DNA of 64,000 nt from contig JBBSEC010000001.1 of assembly GCA_038240075.1 (NCBI GenBank), positions 69,151 to 133,150 on the forward strand, read 5' to 3'. The DNA comes from Acidimicrobiia bacterium (GTDB taxonomy: Bacteria > Actinomycetota > Acidimicrobiia > IMCC26256 > PALSA-610). Below the pieces are notes generated by a model. It was not told the origin of the DNA and searched no databases. It worked only from the letters and a program-made list of their open reading frames with translations. Position numbers and translations under genes: made by a program. Positions 44,686 through 53,961 of the stretch are shown piece by piece (position 1 is the first letter of the stretch; each line of letters begins with the position of its first letter).

Positions 44686-45036
44686 TTACGCGGCCCTCGT
44701 CACGACCGTCTGGACGCGTAGGGCCTGGTCGACGACCTGACCGACCACGGGCTCGATGCGGTCCTTCACCTGTGTGCCGAGCTCCTGCGCCCAGTGCGTC
44801 ACCGTGTCGACGGTCTGCTGCAGCGTGTCGAGGCGGGCCTTGCCGTCGGCGGCGCGGGCGTTGAGGCAGCCACCGCTCTCGCCGAGGCGCTTCTGCACCT
44901 CACGCCGGCGGACCTGCGCCTGCTGGAAGGCGAGGACACCGATGCCGACGGTGACGTATCCGGCGTCGGCGGCCGTCTTGCGAATGTCGAAGTTGCCAAT
45001 GTTGCCAATGTCGAAGTTGCGAATGTCGAACTGCAT
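44686..45036 (-). CDS. hypothetical 116-aa protein with N-terminal NFDI(R/G) pentapeptide repeats
   Basis: ORF 44686..45045. ATG 45036 is preceded by GAGAGAGTGGAG. The predicted helical C-terminal part (LDTLQQTVDTVTHWAQELGTQVKDRIEPVVGQVVD) has no family I recognise. Confidence 0.5.
   Translation of the reverse strand: MQFDIRNFDIGNIGNFDIRKTAADAGYVTVGIGVLAFQQAQVRRREVQKRLGESGGCLNARAADGKARLDTLQQTVDTVTHWAQELGTQVKDRIEPVVGQVVDQALRVQTVVTRAA
44980..45033 (-). repeat. in-frame 15-nt coding repeat (AACTTCGACATTSGC, ~3.6 copies)
   Basis: The plus strand reads GCGAATGTCGAAGTT GCCAATGTT GCCAATGTCGAAGTT GCGAATGTCGAACTG. It encodes QFDIR-NFDIG-NIG-NFDIR. Confidence 0.9.
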
Positions 45037-45141
45037 GGGCTCCACTCTCTCTGGTCAGGGTTCGGGCGTCAACAGAGCTGGCGTCGACGGGGCGGGCGCA
45101 CAACAAGGGAGGCGACCGGGTGCTCGCGAGCCTAGGCAAGC

Positions 45142-45161
45142 GTGCTTGCAATTGCAAGCAC
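45142..45161. promoter_or_regulatory. perfect 20-bp palindrome GTGCTTGCAATTGCAAGCAC (candidate operator) followed by TTGTG-N8-CACAA
   Basis: Read directly. 50% GC in a much GC-richer context. Lies in the 171-bp divergent intergenic region between ATG 45036 (-) and ATG 45208 (+). The second dyad is at 45162..45179. Confidence 0.45.
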
Positions 45162-45207
45162 TTGTGACTGTATGCACAATCACCGGGTTGGTATCCTCGA
45201 CGAACGC

Positions 45208-48200
45208 ATGGACACGGAGCCGCTCGACACGCCTCCGGTCCCAGAGCCCGCGGGAGCCGCTGAGCTCGACGATCCGGAGGGCCTCGGCATCGCCGCCCTC
45301 GCCGGCCTCGACGGCGAGGCCACTGGCGCCGCACCGGTGCTGCCGCCCGTGGTGGCCGTCGTGGTCACCGAGGGAGGCGCCGGCCTGGAGGCCACCCTCG
45401 CGTCGCTCGCCGACCAGGAGTACCCGTCGCTGTCGACGCTCGTCATCGACCGTGGGTCCGGCGACGAGCTGACCGCCCGCGTCGCCGAGGTCTACCCCCA
45501 CGCCTTCGTGCGGCGCCTTCCCGGGCCCCGCTCGTTCACCGAGGCCGCCAACGTCGCGTTCGGCAGCGTCGAGGGAGCCACGTTCTTCCTGGTCTGCCGG
45601 GACGACGTCGTCGTCGAAGCCGGCGCCGTGCGCGTGCTGGTCGAGGAGGCCTACCGAAGCAACGCGGCCATCGTCGGTCCGAAGATCGTCGACCTCGACC
45701 ATCCCGAAGCGCTCGTCGAGGTCGGCCTGACGATCGATCGGTACGGCATCCCGTTCACCGGCATCGAGCCCGGCGAGCTCGATCAGGAGCAGCACGACGC
45801 GGTGCGCGACGTGTTCTGCGTCTCCGATGCGGCGATGTTGCTGCGCGCGGATCTCGTGGAGGAGCTCGGCGGGTTCGACCCGCGTTCCGAGCCCGGAGCG
45901 GCCGATCTCGACATCTGCTGGCGGGCCCGTCTCGTCGGCGCCCGCGTCGTCGTGGTGCCCGACGCGCGCGTGCGGCGGCCGGCCGGCGTCGGGGGCCGGC
46001 GTCGCACACGGGTTCCGAGCACGGTGCGCGACGCCAACCGCAGCCGGATCCACATGGTCACGAAGTGCACGGCCGCGACCGCGCTCGTCTGGGTGCTCCC
46101 GGTCGCGTTCCTCCTTGATCTCGGTGAGTCGGTCGGCCTCGTCGCGACCCGGCGCTTCGGGCGCGCGCGGGCGCTGCTCGCGGGGTGGTGGTCGGCGTTG
46201 CTCGACGCGCGCGCGACCTTCGCGGCGCGCCGCCCGCTGCAGGCGAAGCGTCAAGTGAGTGAGCACGAGCTGCACGCACTGATGGTGCGCGGCAGCTCGC
46301 GTGTGCGCACCACGTTCGCGATCCGTCTGCAGTCGCGGTCGCGTCTCGACCTCGTCGAGACCCGCACCCGGCGCGCGGTCGGGTCCGCGCGCGCGTCGTT
46401 CCGGGGCGCGGGCGGGATCGCGTGGACGGTCGTGCTCGTCGTGATCCTGTTCGGGTCGCGCAACCTGATCGCGTCGGGCGTCCCGTCGGTGGGCGGGTTC
46501 GCCGCGTGGCCGCGGTTGGGAGCGCTCGTCTCCACGTACCACTCCAGCTGGCGCAACTCCGGGCTGGGCTCGGCGTCACCCGCGTCGGCCGCGTTCGGGT
46601 TCATGTCGGTCGCATCCGGGATCCTGCTCGGGCACACCTCGTTGGCGCGCACCCTGGTTGTCGTCGGCGCGGTTCCGCTCGGTGGTCTGGGTGTGTATCG
46701 CGCGCTGCGGCCGACCTCCGCGTCGCCGTTGCCCGCGATCGCGGGGCTCGTCGCCTACGTTGCGAACCCGCTGCCCCGGAACCTGCTCGGTGCCGGCCAG
46801 CTCGGCCCGCTCGTGCTGTACGCGCTCGCACCCTTCATCGTGTCGGGTCTCGCCGACGCGGTCGGCGACCTGTGGACGGTGCCGGTTCCTGTGCGGCAGT
46901 GGAAGTGGCGCAGCGTCGCCGCCGCCGGCGCGCTCACTGCGATCGTGACCGCGTTCTGGCCACCTGCGCTGCTCCTCGCGCTGCTCGTCGGCGCGGTCAC
47001 GATCGTCGGCGCTCCGTTGCTCGGCGACGTGCGCAGTGCAACGCGCGTGGCGGCCGCGGCGCTGGTCAGCACGGCCATCGCGCTGCTCCTGCTCGTGCCG
47101 TGGCCGTTCGCGCTGTTCCACGCCGACGGCCCTTCGCTCGGTCTCTTGCCGCACGCGCCGCTGTCGTTGTCGGATGTGCTGCGTTTTCACACCGGTTCGT
47201 CGGGTGCGGGGACGCTGCCGTGGGGACTGCTCGTCGCGGCTGCGCTGCCATTGATCACGGCAACGGGAAACCGGCTCGTCTGGGCCGGCCGCGCCTGGCT
47301 GCTCGCCGCCGCGTCGTTCGCACTGGCGTGGCTGCCGGGCCGGCTCTCGCCGTCGCTCCCCGTGCCGGTTGCGGGTGGTCTGCTGGTGCCCGCCGCGCTC
47401 GGGCTCGCCATCGCCGTCGGTCTCGGTGTCGCCGCGTTCGTCGAGGAGCTGCGCACCGTGGTGTTCGGTTGGCGACAGGTCGCGGCGGTCGTCGCGGCCC
47501 TCGGACTACTCGCGCCGGTTCCCGGTGTGCTCGGCGACGCGTTGGGAGGCTCGTGGCGGCTCCCGGCGGGTGGTTGGCGGCAGTCGCTCGAGTGGATGAA
47601 CCAGCCCGACGGCCAGGGCGCGTTCCGTGTCCTGTGGATCGGCAACCCCTCGGTCCTGCCGCTCGACGGTTCCGTGCGCGACGGCCTCGGCTACGGGCTC
47701 AGCCGCAACGGCGCGCCCGACGCGCGGTCGCTGTGGCCCGCACCGGGTGGCTCGGCCGGAACCGTGACGCGTGACGCGGTCGGTCTGCTCGCGACGGCGG
47801 GCACCGCGCGTCTCGGTCACGTGCTCGCGCCCCTCGGGGTGCGCTACATCGCGGTCATCGACCGCTCGGCGCCCGACGCGCACGGCACCCGCCCGTTGCC
47901 TCCCGGCCTCGCCACGACGCTGGCCGGCCAACTCGATCTCTCGCTGCGACAGACCGAGCCGGGCCTCGCCCTGTACGAGAACGCGGCGTGGATTCCCGTG
48001 AAGGCCGTCGTGGCCCAACCACTGCCGATCGGGGGTGCGCCGACGGAGCAGGCCCTCACGTCCGATCTGTCGACCGACGCGAAGCCGTTCAACGCGGGGG
48101 CCGTAGCCGGGCCGGGCTCGCTCTTCGTGTCGGAGGCACACGACTCGCGCTGGCACGCGACGCAGTCGGGCCGATCGTTGGCGAACGGCGCCGCGTTCGG

Positions 48201-48456
48201 CTGGGCCAACGGATACACGCTTTCGTCGCGCGCTCCGGTGCGCGTGCACTTCGCCGCCGGCCCGCAGCGTTCGCTCGCCCTCGCGCTCCAAGCCGGGTTG
48301 TGGCTCCTGCTCCTCGGGTTCTTGTTCTCGGGATCGTTGCGCCGGCTCCGTCGCCGCCGGTCGGGTGCCGTCGCGTCCGCGTCCGGATCGAAGCCCGCCG
48401 TGCGCGATGAGCCCGGCCTCGTCGGAGCCGGCGCAACCGGCGCGGTTCAACCATGA
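45208..48456 (+). CDS. large glycosyltransferase family 2 / polytopic membrane fusion protein
   Basis: ORF 45142..48456. The GT2 domain is at residues ~65-285 of the tracked ORF (VVAVVVT, LVIDRGS, DAAMLLR, DLDICWR). More than 12 hydrophobic segments follow, then a C-terminal extracytoplasmic region. The start could be 45172 or 45208. Confidence 0.8.
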   Translation: MDTEPLDTPPVPEPAGAAELDDPEGLGIAALAGLDGEATGAAPVLPPVVAVVVTEGGAGLEATLASLADQEYPSLSTLVIDRGSGDELTARVAEVYPHAFVRRLPGPRSFTEAANVAFGSVEGATFFLVCRDDVVVEAGAVRVLVEEAYRSNAAIVGPKIVDLDHPEALVEVGLTIDRYGIPFTGIEPGELDQEQHDAVRDVFCVSDAAMLLRADLVEELGGFDPRSEPGAADLDICWRARLVGARVVVVPDARVRRPAGVGGRRRTRVPSTVRDANRSRIHMVTKCTAATALVWVLPVAFLLDLGESVGLVATRRFGRARALLAGWWSALLDARATFAARRPLQAKRQVSEHELHALMVRGSSRVRTTFAIRLQSRSRLDLVETRTRRAVGSARASFRGAGGIAWTVVLVVILFGSRNLIASGVPSVGGFAAWPRLGALVSTYHSSWRNSGLGSASPASAAFGFMSVASGILLGHTSLARTLVVVGAVPLGGLGVYRALRPTSASPLPAIAGLVAYVANPLPRNLLGAGQLGPLVLYALAPFIVSGLADAVGDLWTVPVPVRQWKWRSVAAAGALTAIVTAFWPPALLLALLVGAVTIVGAPLLGDVRSATRVAAAALVSTAIALLLLVPWPFALFHADGPSLGLLPHAPLSLSDVLRFHTGSSGAGTLPWGLLVAAALPLITATGNRLVWAGRAWLLAAASFALAWLPGRLSPSLPVPVAGGLLVPAALGLAIAVGLGVAAFVEELRTVVFGWRQVAAVVAALGLLAPVPGVLGDALGGSWRLPAGGWRQSLEWMNQPDGQGAFRVLWIGNPSVLPLDGSVRDGLGYGLSRNGAPDARSLWPAPGGSAGTVTRDAVGLLATAGTARLGHVLAPLGVRYIAVIDRSAPDAHGTRPLPPGLATTLAGQLDLSLRQTEPGLALYENAAWIPVKAVVAQPLPIGGAPTEQALTSDLSTDAKPFNAGAVAGPGSLFVSEAHDSRWHATQSGRSLANGAAFGWANGYTLSSRAPVRVHFAAGPQRSLALALQAGLWLLLLGFLFSGSLRRLRRRRSGAVASASGSKPAVRDEPGLVGAGATGAVQP

Positions 48457-50174
48457 CCGGCCGCCGCCTGCCGCTCGTCGTGCTGCTCGTCGGCCTGCTC
48501 GTGGCCGCGATCGCGGTCGGAGACCGGCGCGTGCGCGCCGATGCCGGGGTCTCGACTCCGGCTGTCGCCGCGTCGACACCGCGATCGGGAGTGAGCTCGA
48601 GCGTCTGGTACTGCGCCGGGGGACCGGTCGGTCGCGGTCCGAGTGCGGATCAGATCACCGTCTCCGACGTCGGACCGCGTCCGGTGCGCGTCGCCATCGA
48701 CGTGATGATCGCCGGGCGCGCCGTTTCCGAGCGCTTCGTCACGGTCGCGGCGCGCAGCAGCACGACAATCGCCGTCGCGAAATTCTCGCGCGACCCGTCG
48801 GCGGCACTCGTCGTGCAGCCTCTGGGTGGAGACGTCGTGGTCGAGCAGGGATTCGCGGTAAACGGCGATGTCGCGATGTCGCCGTGCGCGACGCGCGCGT
48901 CGTCGAACTGGTACTTCGCGGCCGGGTCGAGCGTCCGCGGTGCGCAGACGTCGCTGTCGATCTTCAATCCGTTCGCCGATGACGCCGTCGTCGACGTCGA
49001 GGCGTACACCGAGAGCGGGTTGCGGGCTCCGGGATCGCTGCAGGGGATCGACGTGACCCACGCGTCGCGGGTCGTCGTGCGCCTCGATCAGACGGTCGCG
49101 GAGCAGCGGATCGTCGCCGTCAGCGTGCAGACGCACGGCGATTCGCTCGTCGTCGCGAGTCAATCGGTGGTCGTGCCCCGATCCGGCGGGCTGACGAGCG
49201 CGTCGATGTCGCTCGGTGCGCTCGCCCCGTCGTCGAACTGGATGTTCGCCGACAACCGCAACCGACCAGGAGCCGCGCAGCAACTCGTTCTCGCCGATCC
49301 GGGGGAAGCCGACGCGACGGCGCGGGTGGCGATCGTCAGCGATGTGGGCGCGGTGATCCCGCCCCGGGTGGTTCGCGTGTCGGCGCAGGCCGCGGTGGCC
49401 GTCGACCTCTCACGCCTGGTGCCCGCCGGAGCCTCGTACACACTGCAAGTCGACTCGGCCGTGCCGGTGGTCGCGGAGACGACCGACGCGTACGCGGGTG
49501 GGCTCGTGACCGAGGTCGGTTCGACGGCGGGCGCGAGCCAGTGGTGGTTCGCGGGCGGGCCGTTCACCGCGACGGGCTTCGGCGGTGCCCGGCCCCGCGT
49601 TCCTGCCGGTTTCGATCTCGCGATCGTCATGGACGTCAAGGCGACCGACGTCGAGATCGCGGCGGTGCACACGGCGCTGGCGCACAACGGGCACGTCAGG
49701 AGCCTGCGAACGGTCACGCGCGACGCGGCGCTGACCGCGTTTCGCGCGGCGCAGCGCGACAACCCCACGCTGGTCGCGAACACCACGAGCGCGTCGATGC
49801 CGGTCACGTTCGACGTCGTCGCGCACGGCACCAGTTGGATCAAGCCACTGACCGAATACTTCGGCGTGCGGCCGGGTGTCGACACCGTCGTCACCGTCGC
49901 GAACGAAGGCCCCGGCTACACCGACGATGTCGTGGTCTTCAATCCGGGATCGCGCGCGGCGGTGGTTTCGCTGGTTGCGACCGCGGGCGGATCGACCCTG
50001 TCGGGGCTCGGTATGACGAACGTCGAGGTCGCTCCGCTGCATCAGGTGACCGTTTCGCTCGTGGCCCTCGAGCGCAAGGGCGTCGCGATCGTGGTGCACG
50101 CGACGGGCGCGGTGGTCGCCGAGCGTTTCACCGGCGGCCCGTGGGGAGTCACCCGTTCGCCGGGAGTGCCGTGA
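48453..50174 (+). CDS. DUF5719-like secreted/membrane-anchored protein
   Basis: 573 aa. ATGA overlap with the GT2 fusion. N-terminal TM segment LPLVVLLVGLLVAAIAV. SSVWYCAGG motif. The family name is recalled from the conserved actinobacterial GT2/DUF5719 pair and was not searched. Confidence 0.65.
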   Translation: MTGRRLPLVVLLVGLLVAAIAVGDRRVRADAGVSTPAVAASTPRSGVSSSVWYCAGGPVGRGPSADQITVSDVGPRPVRVAIDVMIAGRAVSERFVTVAARSSTTIAVAKFSRDPSAALVVQPLGGDVVVEQGFAVNGDVAMSPCATRASSNWYFAAGSSVRGAQTSLSIFNPFADDAVVDVEAYTESGLRAPGSLQGIDVTHASRVVVRLDQTVAEQRIVAVSVQTHGDSLVVASQSVVVPRSGGLTSASMSLGALAPSSNWMFADNRNRPGAAQQLVLADPGEADATARVAIVSDVGAVIPPRVVRVSAQAAVAVDLSRLVPAGASYTLQVDSAVPVVAETTDAYAGGLVTEVGSTAGASQWWFAGGPFTATGFGGARPRVPAGFDLAIVMDVKATDVEIAAVHTALAHNGHVRSLRTVTRDAALTAFRAAQRDNPTLVANTTSASMPVTFDVVAHGTSWIKPLTEYFGVRPGVDTVVTVANEGPGYTDDVVVFNPGSRAAVVSLVATAGGSTLSGLGMTNVEVAPLHQVTVSLVALERKGVAIVVHATGAVVAERFTGGPWGVTRSPGVP

Positions 50175-50623
50175 TCTCCCGTCTGGTGATCGCGGTCGTG
50201 CTCGTGCTCGTGGCCGCGGGCGTCGCGTGGCGCCTCCGCGCCCGCGCCGAAGTCGATCCGGTGCGCGCCGCGGGCGAGGTGCCCCGCCAACTCCATCGCG
50301 GTGATTTCCCGCGCGCCGATGCCGCCTGGCTCGTCGTGCTGTTCTCGTCGGCGTCGTGCGACACGTGCGCGGTCATGGCGTCGAAGGTCGGGGTGCTCGA
50401 CTCCGCCGACGTCGCGGTGTGCGAGATCGAGTTCGGCGCGCAGCGCGCGTTGCACGAGCGCTACGCGATCGATTCGGTGCCGCTCGTCGTCGTCGCCGAC
50501 CACGAAGGTGTCACCCGCGCCGCGTTCCTGGGACCGACGTCGGCTACCGACCTGTGGGCCGCGGTCGCCGAGCTCCGCCATCCCGGCTCGACGCCCGAGC
50601 CCGAGCTGGGCTCGCTGTCGTGA
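50171..50623 (+). CDS. membrane-anchored thioredoxin-like protein (CxxC = CDTC)
   Basis: GTG 50171 (GTGA overlap) inside ORF 49541..50623. TM segment LVIAVVLVLVAAGVAW. WLVVLFSSASCDTCAVM. Confidence 0.6.
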   Translation: MISRLVIAVVLVLVAAGVAWRLRARAEVDPVRAAGEVPRQLHRGDFPRADAAWLVVLFSSASCDTCAVMASKVGVLDSADVAVCEIEFGAQRALHERYAIDSVPLVVVADHEGVTRAAFLGPTSATDLWAAVAELRHPGSTPEPELGSLS

Positions 50624-50703
50624 GCAATGCCACGAAGACCGACACGCAGTCGCCGGCGGCACCTGACCGGCGTGGTCCCCGGCCGGTTCAGTCCCCGGCC
50701 GCG

Positions 50704-52836
50704 TCAGTCGCCCGAGGCGGGGGTGAACGGCGGACGCATCGGCGGGACCGGGGGAGGCGGTGGTGACGGCGGCGCGCCCTGTGGGGCCGCGTTGCCATTG
50801 CCGGTTCCGCCGCCGTCGGTGCCGCCCGTGTCGGAGACGTCGTCGTCGCCCGGGCCGATGTTCGCAACCGGGACCGGTGCCGGCGCAGTCACACCGTTCG
50901 CCTGCACCGGCGTGCGGGCGCCGCCGGCCTTGAAGCCCATGGCCGCGTCGGCGAGGCGGGTGACGTCTTCTCCGTCGAGGGTCTCGCTCTCGAGCAGCGC
51001 CTTCGCGATCGAGTCGAGCGCGGGACGGAACTTGGTGAGCGTCGCCTCGGTGCGCTGCTCCTGCTCGCGCAGGATCGCCTCGACCTCTTCGTCGATGACG
51101 CGCGCGGTCTCGTCGGAGTAGTCGCGCGTGTGCATGAGGTCCTCGCCGAGGAACACCGCGCCCTGTGAGCCCCACGCCATCGGTCCGATGCGGTCGCTCA
51201 TGCCCCACTCGCGCACCATCTTGCGGGCGATCTCGGTCGCGCGCACCAGGTCGTTCTGTGCGCCGGTCGAGACGTTCTTGAACACGACCTCTTCGGCGAC
51301 GCGCCCGCCGAGCATCACCGCGAGCATGTCCTCGATGTACTTCTTGTTGTACGCGTGCTGCTCCTCGATCGGGAGCTGCTGCGTCATGCCGAGCGCCATG
51401 CCGGTGGGCAGGATCGTCACCTTGTGCACGGGATCGGCGTTGTCGAGCACGTAGGCACAGAGCGCGTGGCCGCCCTCGTGGTACGCGGTGAGCTGCTTCT
51501 CCTCCGGGCTCATGACGACCGACGGGCGCTTCAGGCCCATCAGCACGCGGTCGCGCGCTTCGTCGAAGTCTTCCTTGTGCACGTCTTGCGATCCGCGGCG
51601 CACGGCGAAGAGCGCGGCCTCGTTGACGAGGTTCGCGAGGTCGGCGCCGCTCATGCCCGGCGTTCCGCGCGCCACGATGTCGGCGTCGACGTCGGACGCC
51701 ATCTTCTTGTCGCGGAAGTGCACCTGGAGGATCTCAAGCCGCTCCTGCTGGGTGGGGAGCGGGACGAGGATCTGGCGGTCGAACCGACCCGGACGGAGCA
51801 ACGCGGGATCGAGCACGTCGGGGCGGTTCGTCGCCGCCATCATCACGACACCCTCGGTTGCCTCGAACCCGTCCATCTCGGCGAGCATCTGGTTCAGCGT
51901 CTGCTCGCGCTCGTCGTGACCGCCGCCGAGTCCGGCACCGCGCTTGCGGCCGATGGAGTCGATCTCGTCGACGAAGATGATCGCGGGCGCCTGCTTGCGC
52001 GCGGTGTTGAACAGATCGCGCACACGCGCCGCGCCGACACCGACGAACATCTCCATGAAGTCGGAACCGGTGACCGAGATGAACGGCACGCCGGCCTCGC
52101 CGGCGACCGCGCGTGCGATCAGCGTCTTGCCGGTACCGGGAGGACCCACGAGCAACACGCCCTTGGGAATGCGCGCGCCGATGTCGCGGAACTTGCCCGG
52201 CATCTTCAGGAAGTCGACGACTTCCTTGATCTCTTCCTTCACGGGGCCGTAGCCGGCGACGTCGGCGAAGGTGGTCTTCGGCTTCTCGGTGTTGTACACC
52301 TTGGCGCGCGAGCGCCCGATGTTCATCACCGCGCCCATCTGTCCCTGCGCGCGTCGACTCATCCAGATGAAGAACCCGAGGATGAGCAGGATCGGGAGTA
52401 ACAGCGTGAGGATCGATCCGAGGATGTTCGATCCTTTGCTCTTGTAGTCGCGGCCGACCTTGTGCAGGTTGAGGAGCGCGATGTCGGCATCGGGCATCTG
52501 GTTGGTCGGGCCCGTCGTGGAGAACGTCGCCTTGTTCTCGACCTCGCGGCCCTTCTTGAACTCGCCGGTGATGTGACCGTTCGAGCTGTCGTACTTGATG
52601 GTGCTGACCCGGTCGCTCTTCACCGTGGAGAGGAACTGCGAGTACGTGAGGTTCGCGGAGGATGAACCGCCCTTCGGCACGCCTTCGTAGACGACCAGGG
52701 CCGTGACGAGCAGGCCGAGGACGACCCACGGCAGCCAACGCGACCGCGAGGTCGGCGCCCGCGGCGGCGCCGGTGGGCGCGGCGGGCGGCCGGGCGGCTC
52801 GGGAGGGCGCCAGCGGTCGTTGTTGTCGGGACTCAT
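50704..52836 (-). CDS. ftsH: ATP-dependent zinc metalloprotease FtsH
   Basis: 710 aa. Walker A GPPGTGKT, Walker [30 protein letters not shown], zinc site HEGGH. Confidence 0.95.
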   Translation of the reverse strand: MSPDNNDRWRPPEPPGRPPRPPAPPRAPTSRSRWLPWVVLGLLVTALVVYEGVPKGGSSSANLTYSQFLSTVKSDRVSTIKYDSSNGHITGEFKKGREVENKATFSTTGPTNQMPDADIALLNLHKVGRDYKSKGSNILGSILTLLLPILLILGFFIWMSRRAQGQMGAVMNIGRSRAKVYNTEKPKTTFADVAGYGPVKEEIKEVVDFLKMPGKFRDIGARIPKGVLLVGPPGTGKTLIARAVAGEAGVPFISVTGSDFMEMFVGVGAARVRDLFNTARKQAPAIIFVDEIDSIGRKRGAGLGGGHDEREQTLNQMLAEMDGFEATEGVVMMAATNRPDVLDPALLRPGRFDRQILVPLPTQQERLEILQVHFRDKKMASDVDADIVARGTPGMSGADLANLVNEAALFAVRRGSQDVHKEDFDEARDRVLMGLKRPSVVMSPEEKQLTAYHEGGHALCAYVLDNADPVHKVTILPTGMALGMTQQLPIEEQHAYNKKYIEDMLAVMLGGRVAEEVVFKNVSTGAQNDLVRATEIARKMVREWGMSDRIGPMAWGSQGAVFLGEDLMHTRDYSDETARVIDEEVEAILREQEQRTEATLTKFRPALDSIAKALLESETLDGEDVTRLADAAMGFKAGGARTPVQANGVTAPAPVPVANIGPGDDDVSDTGGTDGGGTGNGNAAPQGAPPSPPPPPVPPMRPPFTPASGD

Positions 52837-52948
52837 GGGGCTCCCAGCGAAAAGCGAGTGGGGTTCATGCTACGGCGCGTACCGCCGGTGAACGGCTCTC
52901 GACCTCAACCGAACCTGAGAACCGGCGATTCCTCGGTACCCTTGCCCG

Positions 52949-53692
52949 ATGGGGTCGCTGCCACCGCCGCCTCCCCGTCCGCCGTTGCGTCCCGCGCTCC
53001 GCTGGGGCCTCGGCGACGCCGTCCTGGTGCTCGCGGTGGCACTCGCCGTCGGGCTCGTGGCGTCGGAGCTCGCCGTCGCGATCACGCACCTCAAGGCCGA
53101 CTCCCACGGGAACTATCCCGAGACGATCCCGCTCCTGCTCGCGGCCGTCGGCGGACAGTACGGCGCCTGGCTCGCGATGATGGTGGTGACGAGCGTGCGC
53201 AAGGGCCTGGGCACGCTGCGCGCCGACTTCGGGCTCGTCGTCGACGTCGTCTCCGACTGGTGGGTGATCCCGGTCGGCTTCCTCAGTTCACTCGTCCTCG
53301 GCATCCTGCTCGTGCCGATCACGCACCTCGTCAAGCAGACCCCGCAGCAGATCGTTTCGGACCTCGACACCGCGCACGGCGCAAAGCTCGCGATCATCGC
53401 GGTCACCGCCGTGCTCGTGGCCCCGGTCATCGAGGAGCTGTTCTTTCGCGGCCTCCTGCTCCGTGCGCTGCAGCGCCGGTTCTCGGCGCCCGTCGCCGTT
53501 GCCGTCTCCGCTGTCGCGTTCGGGGCCCTGCATCTCCTGGGCGATGTCCACGCCGGGGCGGTGCTGCCCGCGCTCGTGGCGCTGGGAATGCTCTCCGGGA
53601 TCTTGGCGGTGCGCACGGGCAATCTGTCCCGTTCCATCCTGCTTCACGCCGGATTCAACCTCCTGGCGGTGGTCACGGTTCTCAGAAGGTGA
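52949..53692 (+). CDS. CPBP family intramembrane glutamic endopeptidase (CAAX protease-like)
   Basis: 247 aa. VIEELFFRG, FGALH, LLHAGFN motifs. Confidence 0.8.
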   Translation: MGSLPPPPPRPPLRPALRWGLGDAVLVLAVALAVGLVASELAVAITHLKADSHGNYPETIPLLLAAVGGQYGAWLAMMVVTSVRKGLGTLRADFGLVVDVVSDWWVIPVGFLSSLVLGILLVPITHLVKQTPQQIVSDLDTAHGAKLAIIAVTAVLVAPVIEELFFRGLLLRALQRRFSAPVAVAVSAVAFGALHLLGDVHAGAVLPALVALGMLSGILAVRTGNLSRSILLHAGFNLLAVVTVLRR

Positions 53693-53733
53693 CCGGCGCG
53701 GCCGATGAGGTCATCAACGGAGGAGGGTGCCCG

Positions 53734-53904
53734 ATGATCTGCGCGGCGTGTGGCCAGAGCGAGACGGTGTCGATCCGGATGAAGGTCGGCGGCGAGGAAA
53801 TCACCTTCCGTCGTTGCGCGAGGTGCGAGGCGAACGCCTGGGAAGGCGAGCAAGGTCGCCTGAGCCTCGACCGCGTGCTCGAGCTCGCGCGCACGGCCCG
53901 CTAG
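53734..53904 (+). CDS. small zinc-ribbon protein (CxxC-N21-CxxC)
   Basis: ATG 53734 preceded by GGAGGAGGG. 56 aa: MICAACGQ...FRRCARCEANAW. Lies inside the long ORF 52858..53904, whose upstream part overlaps the CPBP gene in another frame. Confidence 0.5.
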   Translation: MICAACGQSETVSIRMKVGGEEITFRRCARCEANAWEGEQGRLSLDRVLELARTAR

Positions 53905-53961
53905 CGAACAAACCCGGAGCCCTGAACCGGCGCCGGGCGGCGTCTTTGGCAAGCTGGGGTC

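Noticed and set aside
44654-45207. A hidden whiB-like small gene next to cofD
   Set aside because: No frame in this interval encodes the four-Cys (C-x(n)-C-x2-C-x5-C) WhiB pattern. The only credible ORF has a single Cys.
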